This document shows, piece by piece, positions 11,705 to 24,624 of a stretch of 64,000 bases of DNA. The notes beneath the pieces are model-generated. The model did no database searches, had not been told where the DNA came from, and saw nothing but the letters and a program-made list of their open reading frames with translations. Position 1 is the first letter of the stretch. Every line of letters starts with the position of its first letter. This DNA is from Vitrella brassicaformis CCMP3155 (lineage: Eukaryota > Protista > Chromerida). The stretch is from assembly GCA_001179505.1 (NCBI GenBank), contig CDMY01000417.1, forward strand, positions 18,511 to 82,510. The letters are read 5' to 3'. The position numbers were made by a program, and so were the translations under genes.

Positions 11705-13411
11705 TCACGCCTTGATGTTCCTGCCTGTGTACCGCAGCAGCACGCCGTCCGAGCCGAGCACAAAGCCCTGTTTGTTGTCGAAAAACTGAACAATCGCAGA
11801 CAGAGAGAGAGAGAGAGAGATTTGAGAAAAGAATGAAGGAATGCCATTGTGTGGAGTGTGTGAGTGCAGGGTGGGCTGGCTTAGCTTAGCTTAGCTTACT
11901 TTGACTCTGTAGAGGTTGCCGGGAATGCCGTCTGCGGCGTTGTTGAACTTGAAGCTCTTGCCGCCATCCGTCGACACGTACATGGTGCCACTCCCACCAA
12001 CCGCCCACACCTACAACACACACACACACACACACAAAGAGATCCCTCCACTCGTGCCTGTCTGCCTCCCCTCCCTGCCAGCCTCCCTCCCCACAGGCAC
12101 CCACCTCATCGTTGCCCTTCCAGGATACGTCGATGATGCCATAGCCGCCCGTCTTGATGTTGACCCTCTCAAAGGTGGGCACATCCACCTCGAAGTTGGC
12201 GTCCCTGGCCACCTGCAGGCCGCCCCCGTTGAGCGACATCCACACCCCCTTGTTCAGGTCGCCGTCGATGAAGCCCATGTTCTGTATCCGCCGGTTGCTG
12301 CCGCGGTTGTGGGGCGTCCAGTAGGGCTGGCCCGGCTTGTAGGACAGCCAGAAGTTGCCACGCGATCCCACGGCGAGGTAGGTGCCGGATGCGTCTCGCT
12401 GCTGGTTAATGATGGAGCCCGTGTAGTAGGAGGCGCCGCTGACGCCCGAGGAGCTGATGCGGTTGAGGGTGGCGTCGATGGTCTCCTTGACCTGGGCCTT
12501 CCAGTTGAGTCCGCCATTGTTGGTCGTGTAGATGGCGCCGCTCGACGTCGTCATCTCGGCGCTGTTCGGACCTAGAGTGTAGATCCCATAGGGCGCACCT
12601 GACAGACACACACACACACAGGAGTCTCCCAATGCATGGACTGCAGGGACGTTCCTTTCCCTCCCTCCCGTCCCTCACCGGGCAGCTTGGGCGAGAGTCT
12701 AATTCTCTGCCAGGTTTTGGCGCCGTCCGTGGTGTGCAGGAGAATGGGCGGCTGTCCGATGATCCACGCCTCCCCGTCCTTGAAAGACACCTGCTGGAAC
12801 CGATAAGATACCTCTTCCTCCGGGTCCAGCACCGCCAGCGACTTGGGGTTCCACGTCTGGCCGCCATCCAGCGTCTCGAAAATCGTCCCCTTGGCGCCCA
12901 CCAGCAGCCCGTGGCGCGGGTTGGACGCGTCAAAGTCAATGTCAAAGAGCGTCTCGCGAGAGTCGATCTTGATCTGCAGCCACGGCTTGTCCGTGCCCTT
13001 GGGCACTTCGAAGCCCATGCCGCCCACGCCGTTGCCCGCTGTCGGCTCTTCATCTGCAGACGCGCGCAGAGGTGAGCCGAGCACTGCAGCTGCAGCTGGC
13101 AGGACGGCAGATGCCCCGAGCTGCAGCTGCAGAGCATCTCTCCGTGATGCTGATGTTGACAGATCATCCACAGAGGCGTCGAGCTCCGGTGGTTCTTGCG
13201 GCATTTCTGCATCTTGCCGCCATGCGTGTGCGTGTGTATGCCGCCTCCGAAAGGGGTGCCTCTGCTGCTGCTGCTGGTGCTGGCGGCCTCGGGAGAGACT
13301 CAGTAGTGGGGAGGGGGATGAGAGGCCATGGGCGGGGGAGGCGGGGTGGAATGCCGGTGTGGGGACGATGTAGGGCAGAATACCCAACCAGCACGAGTAC
13401 AGAAGCTTCAT
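11705..13411 (-). CDS. HCF136: Photosystem II stability/assembly factor HCF136/Ycf48 with bipartite plastid-targeting leader, 4 exons
   Basis: BNR-type beta-propeller repeats (TLDGGQTW, TTDGAKTW, TNNGGLNW, STDGGKSF), SRGNFWLSYKPGQPYWTPHNR, RRIQNMGF. The last exon, 11705-11785, encodes FFDNKQGFVLGSDGVLLRY. The N-terminus is a signal peptide followed by PA-F. Confidence 0.95.
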
Positions 13412-13711
13412 TTGCAGACCGCACTGTTCCTCCGAGAAACAAAAGACATGGTTGCGCGCTTGGCTGAAAATGAGTTGGGAGGAGTACCCTCCAACTGTCT
13501 ACACGCCTGTCTCTCACACGAGGACGACGGCCGCATAGCCGCGCCATTGCTTCACTTGGGCCGCTGGTGGGCATTGCTGATGGTGGGTGGCTCGTCTGAT
13601 TCCCTCGCTGTCGCATTGACTGACACTGATGGATCATGTGTACAGCGGCCGTACTGCTGTGTGGGTGCCTGCAGAGTCAATCATCGCGCATCCGTCACAT
13701 ATGGTGTTGGG

Positions 13712-13759
13712 CTGCTTGTGTGTCCGGCTCTTGATGCAAAGTCCATCCGGACACCCATC
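13712..13759. repeat. Hairpin-forming direct repeat, copy 1
   Basis: ctgcttgtgtgtccggctcttgatgcaaagtccatccggacacccatc, with inverted arms GTGTCCGG (13720-13727) and CCGGACAC (13747-13754). Confidence 0.9.
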
Positions 13760-13858
13760 TGTGTTTGAACACCGTAGTGTTTGAAGGTAAGCACACAGAC
13801 CCACACTCATCTCGGAAGCACTGTCACTTGTGTGCCCTTGATTCAGATCAGTTGCCTG

Positions 13859-14943
13859 ATGGCGTCCGCTGCCCAGCCTCCCCCTCCCAATCGCCCCACC
13901 GCCCCTTCGACAGTCCCGCCCCTGCGCAGCATCGCCATCAGCAAGATGGCCGCCATGGCCATGTCCGCTGACCCCAACAGACGGGCCGCTCTTCGCTCAC
14001 AGATCAGCAACAGCCATCCCGATGATGCGGACACGATGCTCTATGAGGTGAGGCGCCGCGTGGATGAGCACATCAGTCGTCTCGGGCTGGCGGACGTGTT
14101 GGACTTCGACATTGGCGATGAGCTGGAGGCCGGCTTGAAGGTGGTCTATCTGCTGGAGCGGGGCAGTGGCGGGCGATGGGGCGGTTCCTTCGGCTGGCCT
14201 TTATGAAACGGCTCACCCCTGCTGATGCGGCGCGGCCCCTCCGTCTGCCGGCCGAGTCGCTGCCCACAGCAACGGCCTTCCACCAGCTGCCACTTGCCTT
14301 GGCCATCTACAAAATTATCAGCCGTCAGCTCACTTACAGAGGGACCAGCCTGGAGCTGTCGCAAGCCGATGACCGCGGACACTATAAGATCGGCAATGGT
14401 TGGGCGTTTCGTGTGGTGGGATTGGGTGAGCTGCCGGGCGGCCATCGCTATGCTGACAGCTACAAGCGGAGCGATCCCGTCGTCCGCGGGAGCAGCCATC
14501 TCTACCCTTCATTCTCGGAATTCCTGCTGGACAGGCTGCTCCTCTGCGAGTGGCCGGATGAAGAGGGAGTGAGCCACAGGGTGCTGATCGATGCACACAT
14601 CGGCCGTGGTGACCATCGCTATGGCCATCTGCTGACCGACAAGATCACAGAGGATCAGCGCATCACTGTCGACGGGCGCCGCAACTGGGGCGATCTGAAT
14701 GATGCGGATGCGGAAGACCGTCGTTATGTGATTGTGAGCGGCCACAGACCGGGAGAGACCATCGCTGCCCACCTGAAGGTGTGGTACGGCTACATCGAGC
14801 TGCGGACGACCGAGGCACCTGCTGCCGATCGGCCTCATCCGCTCGCCGACCGCTTCCCCGGGTCGGCGCCCCTATGGTGTGCTGTGCTGCGGCGATTCGA
14901 TCTCGAAAGTGCCGTCATCGAGGGGGGGAGGGTGGTGGGGTGA
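13859..14943 (+). pseudogene. Intronless unknown protein with one frameshift at ~14165
   Basis: Two overlapping codon-biased ORFs (MASAAQ...LERGSG and QWRAMGRFLRLAF...VIEGGRVVG) join across a single frameshift. It has no introns, although neighbouring genes are intron-rich. Confidence 0.7.
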
Positions 14944-15347
14944 GGGGTAGGGGCTGGCGGTTGGGTGTTGGTGGTACATTTGATGGCGACTGACGAGCAG
15001 TGCGGCTGAGTGTTTTGAATTGGGTGGTGGCTTGACTGATTGCATTGTGTGCCGTCAAAGGATGGGCGGATGGATGTCCTACTGGTTGGTGTCAGACTCA
15101 CTCAAATGACTGAAGGGCTGAAAGAACCACACAGTTATAGCTGTGCACTATCTGCTGGATGGAGAGGCACCGAGGCCTCATGCATCGTTTCAGGGCGGCT
15201 CTGATGGGATGGAGTGACCCATGAGTGACTGGCACACGATCTTTAAATGGTGCGCATTCAATCGACGGCCAGCTGCAGCCGGCTGGCTGCATGCACCCTC
15301 CCACACACGCATGGCATGGCATGCACACGGACGGAGGCAGCACAGCA

Positions 15348-15399
15348 CTGCTTGTGTGTCCGGGTCTTGATGCAAAGTCCATCCGGACAGACACCCATC
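15348..15399. repeat. Hairpin-forming direct repeat, copy 2
   Basis: ctgcttgtgtgtccgggtcttgatgcaaagtccatccggacagacacccatc, which differs from copy 1 by one substitution and a 4-nt insertion. Confidence 0.9.
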
Positions 15400-18300
15400 C
15401 AGATCTCGCTAGCTGTCGTCACACCAGATCGATCACGTCACCCACACCCACCAACAAAAAGCATAGAGCACATGAAGCACAGCAGCGCTCTCCACCGCAC
15501 CGCCCGCAAAGTGAGTGAAGGGCACACCCCCATCTCATCTATATCATACACACTCAGGGCACTCGTCAATAGAAAAAACTCTCTCGTACGCAATGAGTTG
15601 GTGGCTTGCTCAAACACCGGGCAGGGCAGGCATGCCAGCCAGTAGGACACACAACACAAAGAAAAGAGGGAGGAGATCACTGACTCACTCAGTCACTCAC
15701 TAGGGTCTGTCGGTTATGTGTGTGTGTGTGTGTGTGTAAGGGGTAGGCCCGTGTGTCGATCGTTCGCCTTCCTGCGTGCCAGCGGTGTGCGATGCGTGCA
15801 TCAACGAGAGATGGCAACACCCTCGTGTGCAAGCATCACACCCCTCATAGAAACAGACGGCGAACGAAACGATACGGCCACACACGACAAAAATACCACC
15901 TTCCGTCCATCCATCCATCCATCCACCATCCATCCATCCATCCGTTCGAGCAGCACAGCACAGCACGGCACGACACGGCTCAGCGGCATCCATCACAATG
16001 TGCTGTGCTGTGCTGTGCGTTGGCGCGTATGAACTTGGTTGCTTCATCCATCCCATCCCATCCCATCGAACAACCAAACCAACGAGCAAAGGGAGGGAGA
16101 AGACAAAGTACAAGTGACTGAGTAAGCGGCTCGTGGGTGAGTGGAGTGAGTGGGTGAGAGGATGCACTTCAAAGCACAGTCAATAAATCAATCAGTCAGT
16201 CACTAGCGGCAAGAGAAAGAGAAGGAGAGGAAATGCAAGGCAGGCAAGGCAGGAAAAATCACGGACTGCATTCGTTCGTTCGTTCGTTTGGCGAGAAAAA
16301 TGCCCCAGACACTCCCTTCCTCCCTCCCTCCCTCCTTTGGCCCAGACCCCAGAGAGACAAAGAGAGAGACCACTGCGCCGTTTCATGTGTGAATGCCATC
16401 ATTGCCATGCCATCAGTGTGAGAGAGACGGGGGAGAACAGACAGACGTCGCGACATGGATAATGTAATGGTATGAGTGAGTGGGTGGCGACAACACGACA
16501 GCCAGGCAGGCAGGAGGAGACAAATAGACACGAATGAGTGAGTCGGTAGGCATACATGTCCGGAAGCTGAGATGGCAATGGAAGAGAGGGAAACAGACAT
16601 ACAAAAGGGCTGGCTGGCTGCACACGCACACGGACACACTCATCGTTAGCTCATTCCCGCGTCCACCGATTTGCTCTCACCAATCAATCCGCCCCGCCCG
16701 TCCGTCGCCTCGGCAAAACTCCTCAGTCCATCCATCCATCCATCGGAGCCGCTCTCACATGTCATGTCGACAGGCAGGCCACGATCCGCTCGCGTCGCAT
16801 CGACCACAGAATGGTGACAGAGGCCAGAGTGTTGGCGTCTATCACCTTTGCCGAGGGCCATGCCACGCAAACGGCACGCAGCACACGTCCGTCGACACAC
16901 CAGAACCATCCTTTTCTCTCTCTCTGCGTGCGGGTAAGTGGGCTTTCCTTTCGGAACTCTCTCTCCCCTCTCCCCCTGCGCAGTCGGCCGACGCCATCCT
17001 GTGGGCCTCACATGTCTCCTTGTGAGGCCACCGGGATGTCGTGGACATGCTCCACAGGGTGAAGAGAGGGTGAAAGGCTGGCTGGCTGGCTGGCAGAGGG
17101 TCTAAAACTTGAGGAGTGAGCGGCATGGCTGGGCACTCATTCATTCATTCATGTCAGCAAGTGCATGGATGGACGTTGCTGTGCCGTGTGCAGTGCTGTG
17201 CTGCGCGTGCTGTCTCCCTCTCTCGTGTGTGACAGACAGGTCAGCCCGGGTAGGTTTCCCCCTCTCTCACTCACTCGCAGATATCATCTCATCAGTGGTG
17301 TGTGGTCTCTCTGAGACACCAGCCAGTCGAAAAATGGTGCAGTGAAAGACGGGAGGGAGGGAGGGAGGGAGGGAAGTAAGGAATGCAGAGCGTCGTCAAG
17401 TCAACACAACATGGATGGCATGAGCATGTAGGGAGGGAGGTTCGTCTCACGCATGGCATGGATGTCCCAAGAGGAAGTAAGTGCACTCGCTGATCTCTCT
17501 CTAGTAGCGCTATGTCATGATCATTGGCATCATCTCATCTCACCCCCTCTCGTACTCACCAATCAAGACACCAAGGCTGGCACACAGCACAGACAGACAG
17601 ACAGACAGGCAGACAGACAGGCCGAGAGGCATCCTCTCCAAGACTGCACGGACGAATGAGGGACAACAGATCAGATCGTCACACATAGACCACACCACAC
17701 CCACCCAAACATACACGCATAGCGTAACACACACACGGACAGAGAGAGGGGGGAAAATAGACAGACAGACAGCACATACACACACATACTCGAGAGAGAC
17801 ATATACATCCATTCATTCTTACCCACTCCTCCACCCCACGCTCGCTTCCACGCCGTCCGTGTGCTGTGTTGTGTTCCCGACCCACCCATACCACACCATA
17901 CCCCACACCTGACCTGGCTGCTCCCTCCCCATCGGGCCGAAAATGGGAGGGATACTCAGGCGCACGATCAATGCCTTTTGATCCAACACACGACGCACCG
18001 CACAGACGGGGCGCAAGGCAAGAAAGCCCTCGGCGAGCGTGTGCAGATCGTTTTCCAACATCAAGTATCACCAGTTGAAAGGCCTCGCTCTCGGTCTCTC
18101 TTTCACTGTCTGACTCACTGACACATGAATCACATGACATCACAGCATAGTACAAGGCGATGCAATCAATGCACCATTGCACACGATGGCTCGGTTTCCG
18201 AGATGCATTCACACACACAATCCATCCATCCATCGCCCACCTCTCTCGTCTCTCGGCTCATATGAGTCGTCAGTGCCCACGCTCTCACTCTCTAGGTCTG

Positions 18301-19291
18301 TATACCACCCACCCCACCAACCAACCAACCAACCGCCCGCCCGACTACAAATAAGCGTCCGTACTGAGCAGTGAGTGAGTCGGTATGTGTGTGTAATGGA
18401 TTGCGCGTCTCTCTCTCTCTCTCTCTCTGTGTGCGTGTGTGTGTGTGTGTGTGCATCCTTGCCCCCTACCCCGCCCCGCCCGTCCAATGAATGGGCGTCA
18501 GGAACGTCGGAAAAATCGGAAAGAGAAGAGAGCAGATGGAATTCAAGACAGACGATATGGTGTGACGTGACAGAGGGAGTGGTAGGGAGGAGAGTGAGAT
18601 CAGGCAGGCACAGGCAGGCATGTTGTGTCGTTTGCGAACCTGTCGCACTTGATGAGAAGCAGGTACGCATCGCATCGCATCGCATCACCGAACAGCGATT
18701 GAGCGTTAGGTGGAGCGAGCCAAGCCAAGCCAAGCCACTACACATACATACATACATACATAACATAGACAGACAGACAAGTAACCAGACCAACACCACC
18801 ATAGTGAGAAAAATCGACCGACATACCATCCCATCTCACTCACCGCAGTGCATTGCACCCCTCCCTCCCTCCCCCCGCCCCCTTTCTCGACACGATAGAT
18901 CGATTTATTGACGTGAGCGCTATACCAGCAGACAGTCGTTGGTGCATGCCATGGAATGCCATGCAATGCAGGTGAGGTACAGGCAGGCGTCAAGGAGAGA
19001 GAGGCACGAATGCATACGCAGCCCAGCCTGCCAGCCCAGGGCGCCTACGCATCCGTCCGTCCACCCACCAGGTCTGGCCCGCGTGGCATACCACACCACA
19101 CCACACAGCATAGCATGGCATGCGTCGATCCAATCGACGAGAAAAATCGACAGACACGTCCAGTCCGATTAGGCAAAAGCAATAAAAGAATAAGCCATAC
19201 GACCCCGCCCCCATTTCAACAGATCGCCCTCCCCTCCCCTCTCTCCCCCCCTCTCTCTGTCTCTCTTACTCTGAGGCTGTCCATCCGTCAC

Positions 19292-22200
19292 TCACTCGCC
19301 GTGCAGCAGAGAGCTGAGCACGCCGCCCCCGCCCACATTGTCCGATGAAACACGCCGGCGCATTCCGGGCCTCTGCTGCTCCTGCCCTCTCGCCGCGCCA
19401 ATCGGCCCGGAATACGACCGCCCCCTCTGCTGCAGGGCGGTCGCACTCGCACCTTCAGCCGCAGCCGCGCCCACGACCTTCTCCCCGCCGGCAGCAGGAT
19501 TCTTCTGCTGTGTGCGTCTCCATCTGCCAGTGGGTGGGGGCGACTTGGGTGCGATGCGTGGCGAGAGTGGGGGAGGGGTCTCTGATGAGCTGGTGGGGGG
19601 CAGGGGGACGGGGGGCGCTGACGGCGCGATGGCGGGGGGCTGGGGGGACACGGGCGGCTCACGCACACACCTACAGACAGAGACGGAGACAGGCAGGTCA
19701 GGTGAGAGTGCCTCCATTCTAGGTGCGTGGGTCTGTGTGTGTTTGGTTACCAAGCGGCCACGACGGTGATGTCGTCTGCCTTTCCGCCCTTGTGTATGAG
19801 TTTGCGCGAGGCGGCCGCATTGGATGCGAACGGGGTGCGGGCAGTGAGGTCCTGCGACCGGTTGAAGGCCGCCTCTGCTATGGCCGTAGCGATGTTCTGA
19901 CAGACAGACAGACAGACAGACAGACAGAGACAAGGATGGACACAGCCCAGCCCGACGTGGATGCGCACTCTCCTCTCTCTCTCTGTGCGTGTGTGTGTGT
20001 GGTGGTCAATCAGTGTGTGTGGGTACGCCACGCACCTTTGGCGAAGTGGTGAGGGATTGGTCGTGCAGCAGCAGCGCCTCGTATGGCGACATGGCGAGAT
20101 TCGCCAGAGCGGCGATCTCGTGCTCAAACAAATTGTCAAACACACCGTCGGTGCCTGCACGTCCGTATGTAAGTGCCCTGTGGTTGCCCTGCCGTTAGTG
20201 TGTGTCTGGTCTGCATCCAAACGCACCTAGTATGACGAGGTCTCCTTCCATGAGGTCGACGGTGGAGATGTCGGCGCACTCCGGGAGATCGTGATTGGCA
20301 GGCTCGGGGATGCCCCGGACCCTTATAGACAGATGGATGGATGGAGTACACACATAGAGAGAGAGGGATGCACTGACTGCACAAGGCGTTTGTGTGTGTG
20401 AGGGTCACGGACGTACCATGAGGCCAGTCGCTGCAGTCCGTTCTGCTCCAGGTATGGCAGGTCGCTCTTCTTGGGGACCCGCATCAGCTGGTAGGGGCAG
20501 TTGAACCCGTGTTGCTGCTCGACCGTCTTCTTGACCACCTCCAACTCATACGCTGTCTGACGCCTGGCAGTCATATCATAGCAAACACATGGATTGATGG
20601 ATGGATGCCGTGACGCCGCTCTTCATCTCATCTGTCCATCCATTCTCACTCACCGGAGAACGATGAGCCCGGAGTCGCCCAGGTTGGCCACTCCCAGCCG
20701 GCCGCCCTCCTCATCCAAACACGCCACACAGGCAGTGGAGCTGCCCCACGCCCGTGTGTTGGCATACCCAGCCTTGAGCACCTGCAGCATCCGCCGCTGC
20801 AGCCGAGCCGCACGCGCCTCGTCACGCACAGAGGCAGAGGGGGAGGCCTCGCCATCGCAGTCACCAGCTGGCGTGGGGGAGCCCCGTGGCGAGCCGTCGG
20901 GCGTCTCGGATGGGCTGCTGGAGAGCTCTGCGTTGTCTGCGATGACGGATGCAGTGATGCGGGGGCGCTTGGCGGAGTGTGCGAGGGGCTTGGGGGCTGG
21001 AGTGGGGTCGGGGAGGGGCGCCGAGAGATCGCGGGTAGAGAGCGTCGCCAACGAGTTGGAATAATACGAGAAATCTGACACACAGGACAAGTGTGACAGA
21101 CACACACAGGACAGGTTTGGTTTGCGTCGATCTTTCCCCATGATCCGTCCACCTCCCCACCTACTTTTCTCCCGCTCGTCTCTTTCGAGCGCCTGCATCA
21201 GCGGACTGGATGGCGGCTCCAGCGGCTCATCGGCCATCAGCGACTCCCCCTCCAGGCCCCCCTGCCCAACCGGCAGCCCCGGCGACGCCAGACGTCTCGC
21301 CGCCTCCAGAGACAGACCCGACGCGCCGGTATCGTTGTCGTCAGAGTCACACGAGAGGTTGCGGGACATGATGGGCAGCGGCGATGGCGCAGACGCTTTG
21401 CGTGCCATGGCCGCCTGTTGTCTCTGGAGCAGCAGCTGCTGGCGGGCAATGTGTCGGGTGCGGCGTCTCTCGAGCCGCTCGTTGATGCGGACGACCTCCC
21501 GCTTGCAGCCGTCCATGAGCTCGTCGGCAAACTGCCGGGCGTTGAGGCCGAGGTTCGTCCACTCGCCCACCCCGTCGGCCACACCGATGCCCGACCACGC
21601 CAGGTCCGTGGACGTCGTCTCCCTGAAGGAAGGAAGAAGGCAAGGACAAACAAGCACACAGAATGCCACTAGGGTGTGTGGCTGCATGGCATGGGTGGGC
21701 TGGCTGGTGTGGCTGGTGCGTGCGCTGCGCACCAGATGAAGAATGCGTCCTCGCCGCCTCTACTGCGCTTGTCCGGGTGTGGGATGGAGCACGCCCCAGC
21801 TGTCAGCCGCAGCGCCTTCGCGTGGCGCAGGTCGGGCAGATTCATCTCCTTGGAAACCAATGAATGTGCGAACACAGAAGCGACGAGAACATGCAATGCA
21901 GGACACGCTCCCGTGCTGTGCTGTGCTGTGCTGTGGGGTGGGGTGCGTACCAGCATGACGTCTGCGTGAGTGTGCATAGCGTGCAAGCAATTGAGGACCT
22001 CGGGGGTCCACCCCACAGCCCCAGTGGGGCACACCACCATCCTCCCGTACCCACCCCCCTCATCCCCGCTCCCACTGCCCGACGACGACACCGACGAGGG
22101 CGACAGATCGCCGCTTTCGCCGCCCTCGCCGCACTGGATCGACCTCTTCCTGTGGTGCCGCTTCACGCTCACGGTGGTCCCCAATGCAGGCGTGGACAGG

Positions 22201-24501
22201 GTGCGAGGGAGGCCGGCCAGCAGCGACTGGCGGGGGGACTCCGGCTCGGCATCGTCGTGTGCGTGTGTGCCTGGGCTTCTGGGGGAGGAAGGGTCGCCTG
22301 TGGACTCCTTGGTGCTGTCGTCCGAGTCGTGGCGGGCGGCGTCGTACTTGTCGGGCGAGATGGGGACGGATCGGGTGCGGGTGGGGGGAGAGGGGAGGCC
22401 GATGCGGGTCGTTGGACGGTACACACGCCTGAGTGATACACACACACACACAGACACGGGATGGATGGCATGTGGCATGTGGCATGTGTGATGTGTGATA
22501 TGTGGTGGGGCTGTTGTGTTGGCTTACATGCCGGCCGAGCTGGACCTTCGGCGCTTCTGCAGATCCTCAAAGCTCTTGGCGTGCTTCAGGGCAATCTGAC
22601 ACACACACACACACACACAGGCAGACATGACACGGACAGGGAAATGCAGATGGATGCGCGTGCCGTCGGTGTGGTTGTCAGGTTAGGTGGGGTGGGGTTG
22701 CCGACCTGATGGACTACGAGTATGTTGAAGAGCTGTCCGTTGTGGCTCTGCTGGATGGGCAACTTCCGATCCACCGTCACCACGCCGTCCACGCGATACT
22801 TGTAGAGGTACAGCCCCGGCTGGATGTGGTCCACCACCTCACGCAACGACAGCCAAAACACACCCGTCCTGAACACACACACAAGCCACGGAAAGGTGGA
22901 TGCATCCAGTGGGTTGTCTTGTGCGTCTGTCTCACTCACTGACCGTGAGCACTTGAACAGTTCGAGGGCGACTGTCCACGGCGGGTTGGTGAAGTTTCCC
23001 ATCACCTCTACACAACTAGCACCAGGGGCGTTCCATCGGATTATCGGACCGTCACGCCTGCCCACCAACCAACAGAGACGCCATACAAAACACACACGTG
23101 ACCAGAAACCCTCCCTCCCTCCCTTGTCGGCCCGCCCTGTTCTCCCTATCTACTCACTTGCGGCTGTTGAGCGGCCGCAGCTTCGGCCCCTGCACATTAT
23201 CCCTCCTCACTTGCCGGCCGTCGCTGCTGGCCCGCTGCAGCGCATCCACCTCATCGATGGAGTCGTCACTGTCTCGCCTCCAGGCCCACACGACGGTGTC
23301 GTGTGCGATGGGGTATGGCGGCAGCACGGGGGAAGGCGTGCCGTCGTCCTCCTTGGGGTTGTTGGCGCCGCCCATGCGAGTGGCGGAGAGGGATGAGTCG
23401 GAGGGACGGGCGTATAGTGAGGCGAAGGGGAGGGAGAGCCGGCCGCTGCCGCTCCTGCTGCTGTCTGTCCGCGGGGTGTCTTGCTTGATGTCGTATGGGT
23501 CGAACAGCAGCCAGTCGTCATCTTGACGCTCGATGTAGAACTTGAGCTGCTGGCTCTGATTCGATTCACATGAATGAATGACACACGTGGGAGGAAGGAT
23601 GCATTGCATTGGGTGCCTGCCTTCGTATGTGGGTGTTTTGACCTGACCGTACCCGATTGAGAGCGAACTCTGCGAAGCTGTGGTCCAGCCGGGCCCGCTT
23701 GTACTCGAGCTGGTTGTTGCGATTCAAACGGTTCACGCAACTGCATCCACACCACACACGGACGGACAGAGGCCAGCCAATATAGAGACATGCATGTCGG
23801 CACAAAGATCCTGTGGGTTTGTGAGGTGAGTGCGGCATCGTCTCACCGAAGGAAGGTATGAGTCTTCGCCTGGACAGACAACCAGGGAGGGGAACACACA
23901 CACACGGGAAAGCGAAATGCATCATGCATGTTTTGATGGACACGCAAAGAATTCGTTCACTGCCTTCCTTCCTTCCTTCTGTGTGACCCTCCCTCCCTCC
24001 CTCCCTCACCCTGATGGGATTCTCTGTGGTAGCGATATTCTCGAGCACATCGATAAAGGGGTCAATGCCACGACGGTCACACCCATTCTGGATGATGAGC
24101 GAGTCATTCCCATCACATCACACAGCATTCAAGACACACCCATATGAATCTGCCGACCGTGTGCCTGGCTCCCAATGCCCCCACTCACTGCCCTGTCCTC
24201 ACCTTGCCCACCGCCGCACTCGCTCCCCTCTGGCGGCAAGGGCCTCGGGCGGTCTTCAAAGCATCGCTCAACGTCAGCCTGACCTCAAGACACGCAAGAC
24301 ACCACCTCGCGACAATCTCACTGACTCCCATCCACCCGAACGTATCCCATTGGTCTGTCTCATACGGTGTGCGTGTGGTGGATGTGCTTACGATAGGACG
24401 GCAGGGTCCTGTGGCTCTGCGTCGCTGTCGTCATAGTCAGCGTCACGATTCGGGAAAAAGCGGGCTATCGCACGACAGAGGCGACGATAGATGCTACCCA
24501 T
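19292..24501 (-). CDS. PP2C-family phosphatase of PPTC7 type, with an upstream CBM48/AMPK-beta-like glycan-binding module and a putative acylated N-terminus (multi-exon)
   Basis: PP2C motifs IPHPDKRSRGGEDAFF, GVADGVGEW, GSSTACV, VANLGDSG, QQHGFNCPYQL, GDLVILGTDGVFDNLF and GGKADDITVVAAW. CBM48-like IRWNAPGASCVEVMGNFTNPPW...PGLYLYKYRVDG. The 5' exons I assembled in phase begin MGSIYRRLCRAIARFF. Confidence 0.85.
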
Positions 24502-24624
24502 TCCTGGAGAAGCGCAGAGGAGGAAGAAGCAACGAACGCGAGAGGAAAAGGCTGGCTAGCAAGCTCGCAGATCATTCGAGCATCAGATCTTCTTCCTCTT
24601 TCTCTTCCACACGACTGCTAATCG

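Noticed and set aside
11880-11898. (TTAGC)n run at the HCF136 intron 3 donor, resembling a telomeric repeat
   Set aside because: A four-unit intronic microsatellite extending the GTAAGC donor motif.
12406-13373. Long alternative-frame and antisense ORFs over HCF136 and other GC-rich exons (for example 32689-33579 and 34517-35398)
   Set aside because: These are expected shadows of high-GC3 coding sequence and have no independent motifs.
15348-15412. Hairpin followed by CTAG as a possible Helitron 3' end
   Set aside because: The CTAG is about 20 nt from the hairpin, is not followed by T, and is absent after the first repeat copy.
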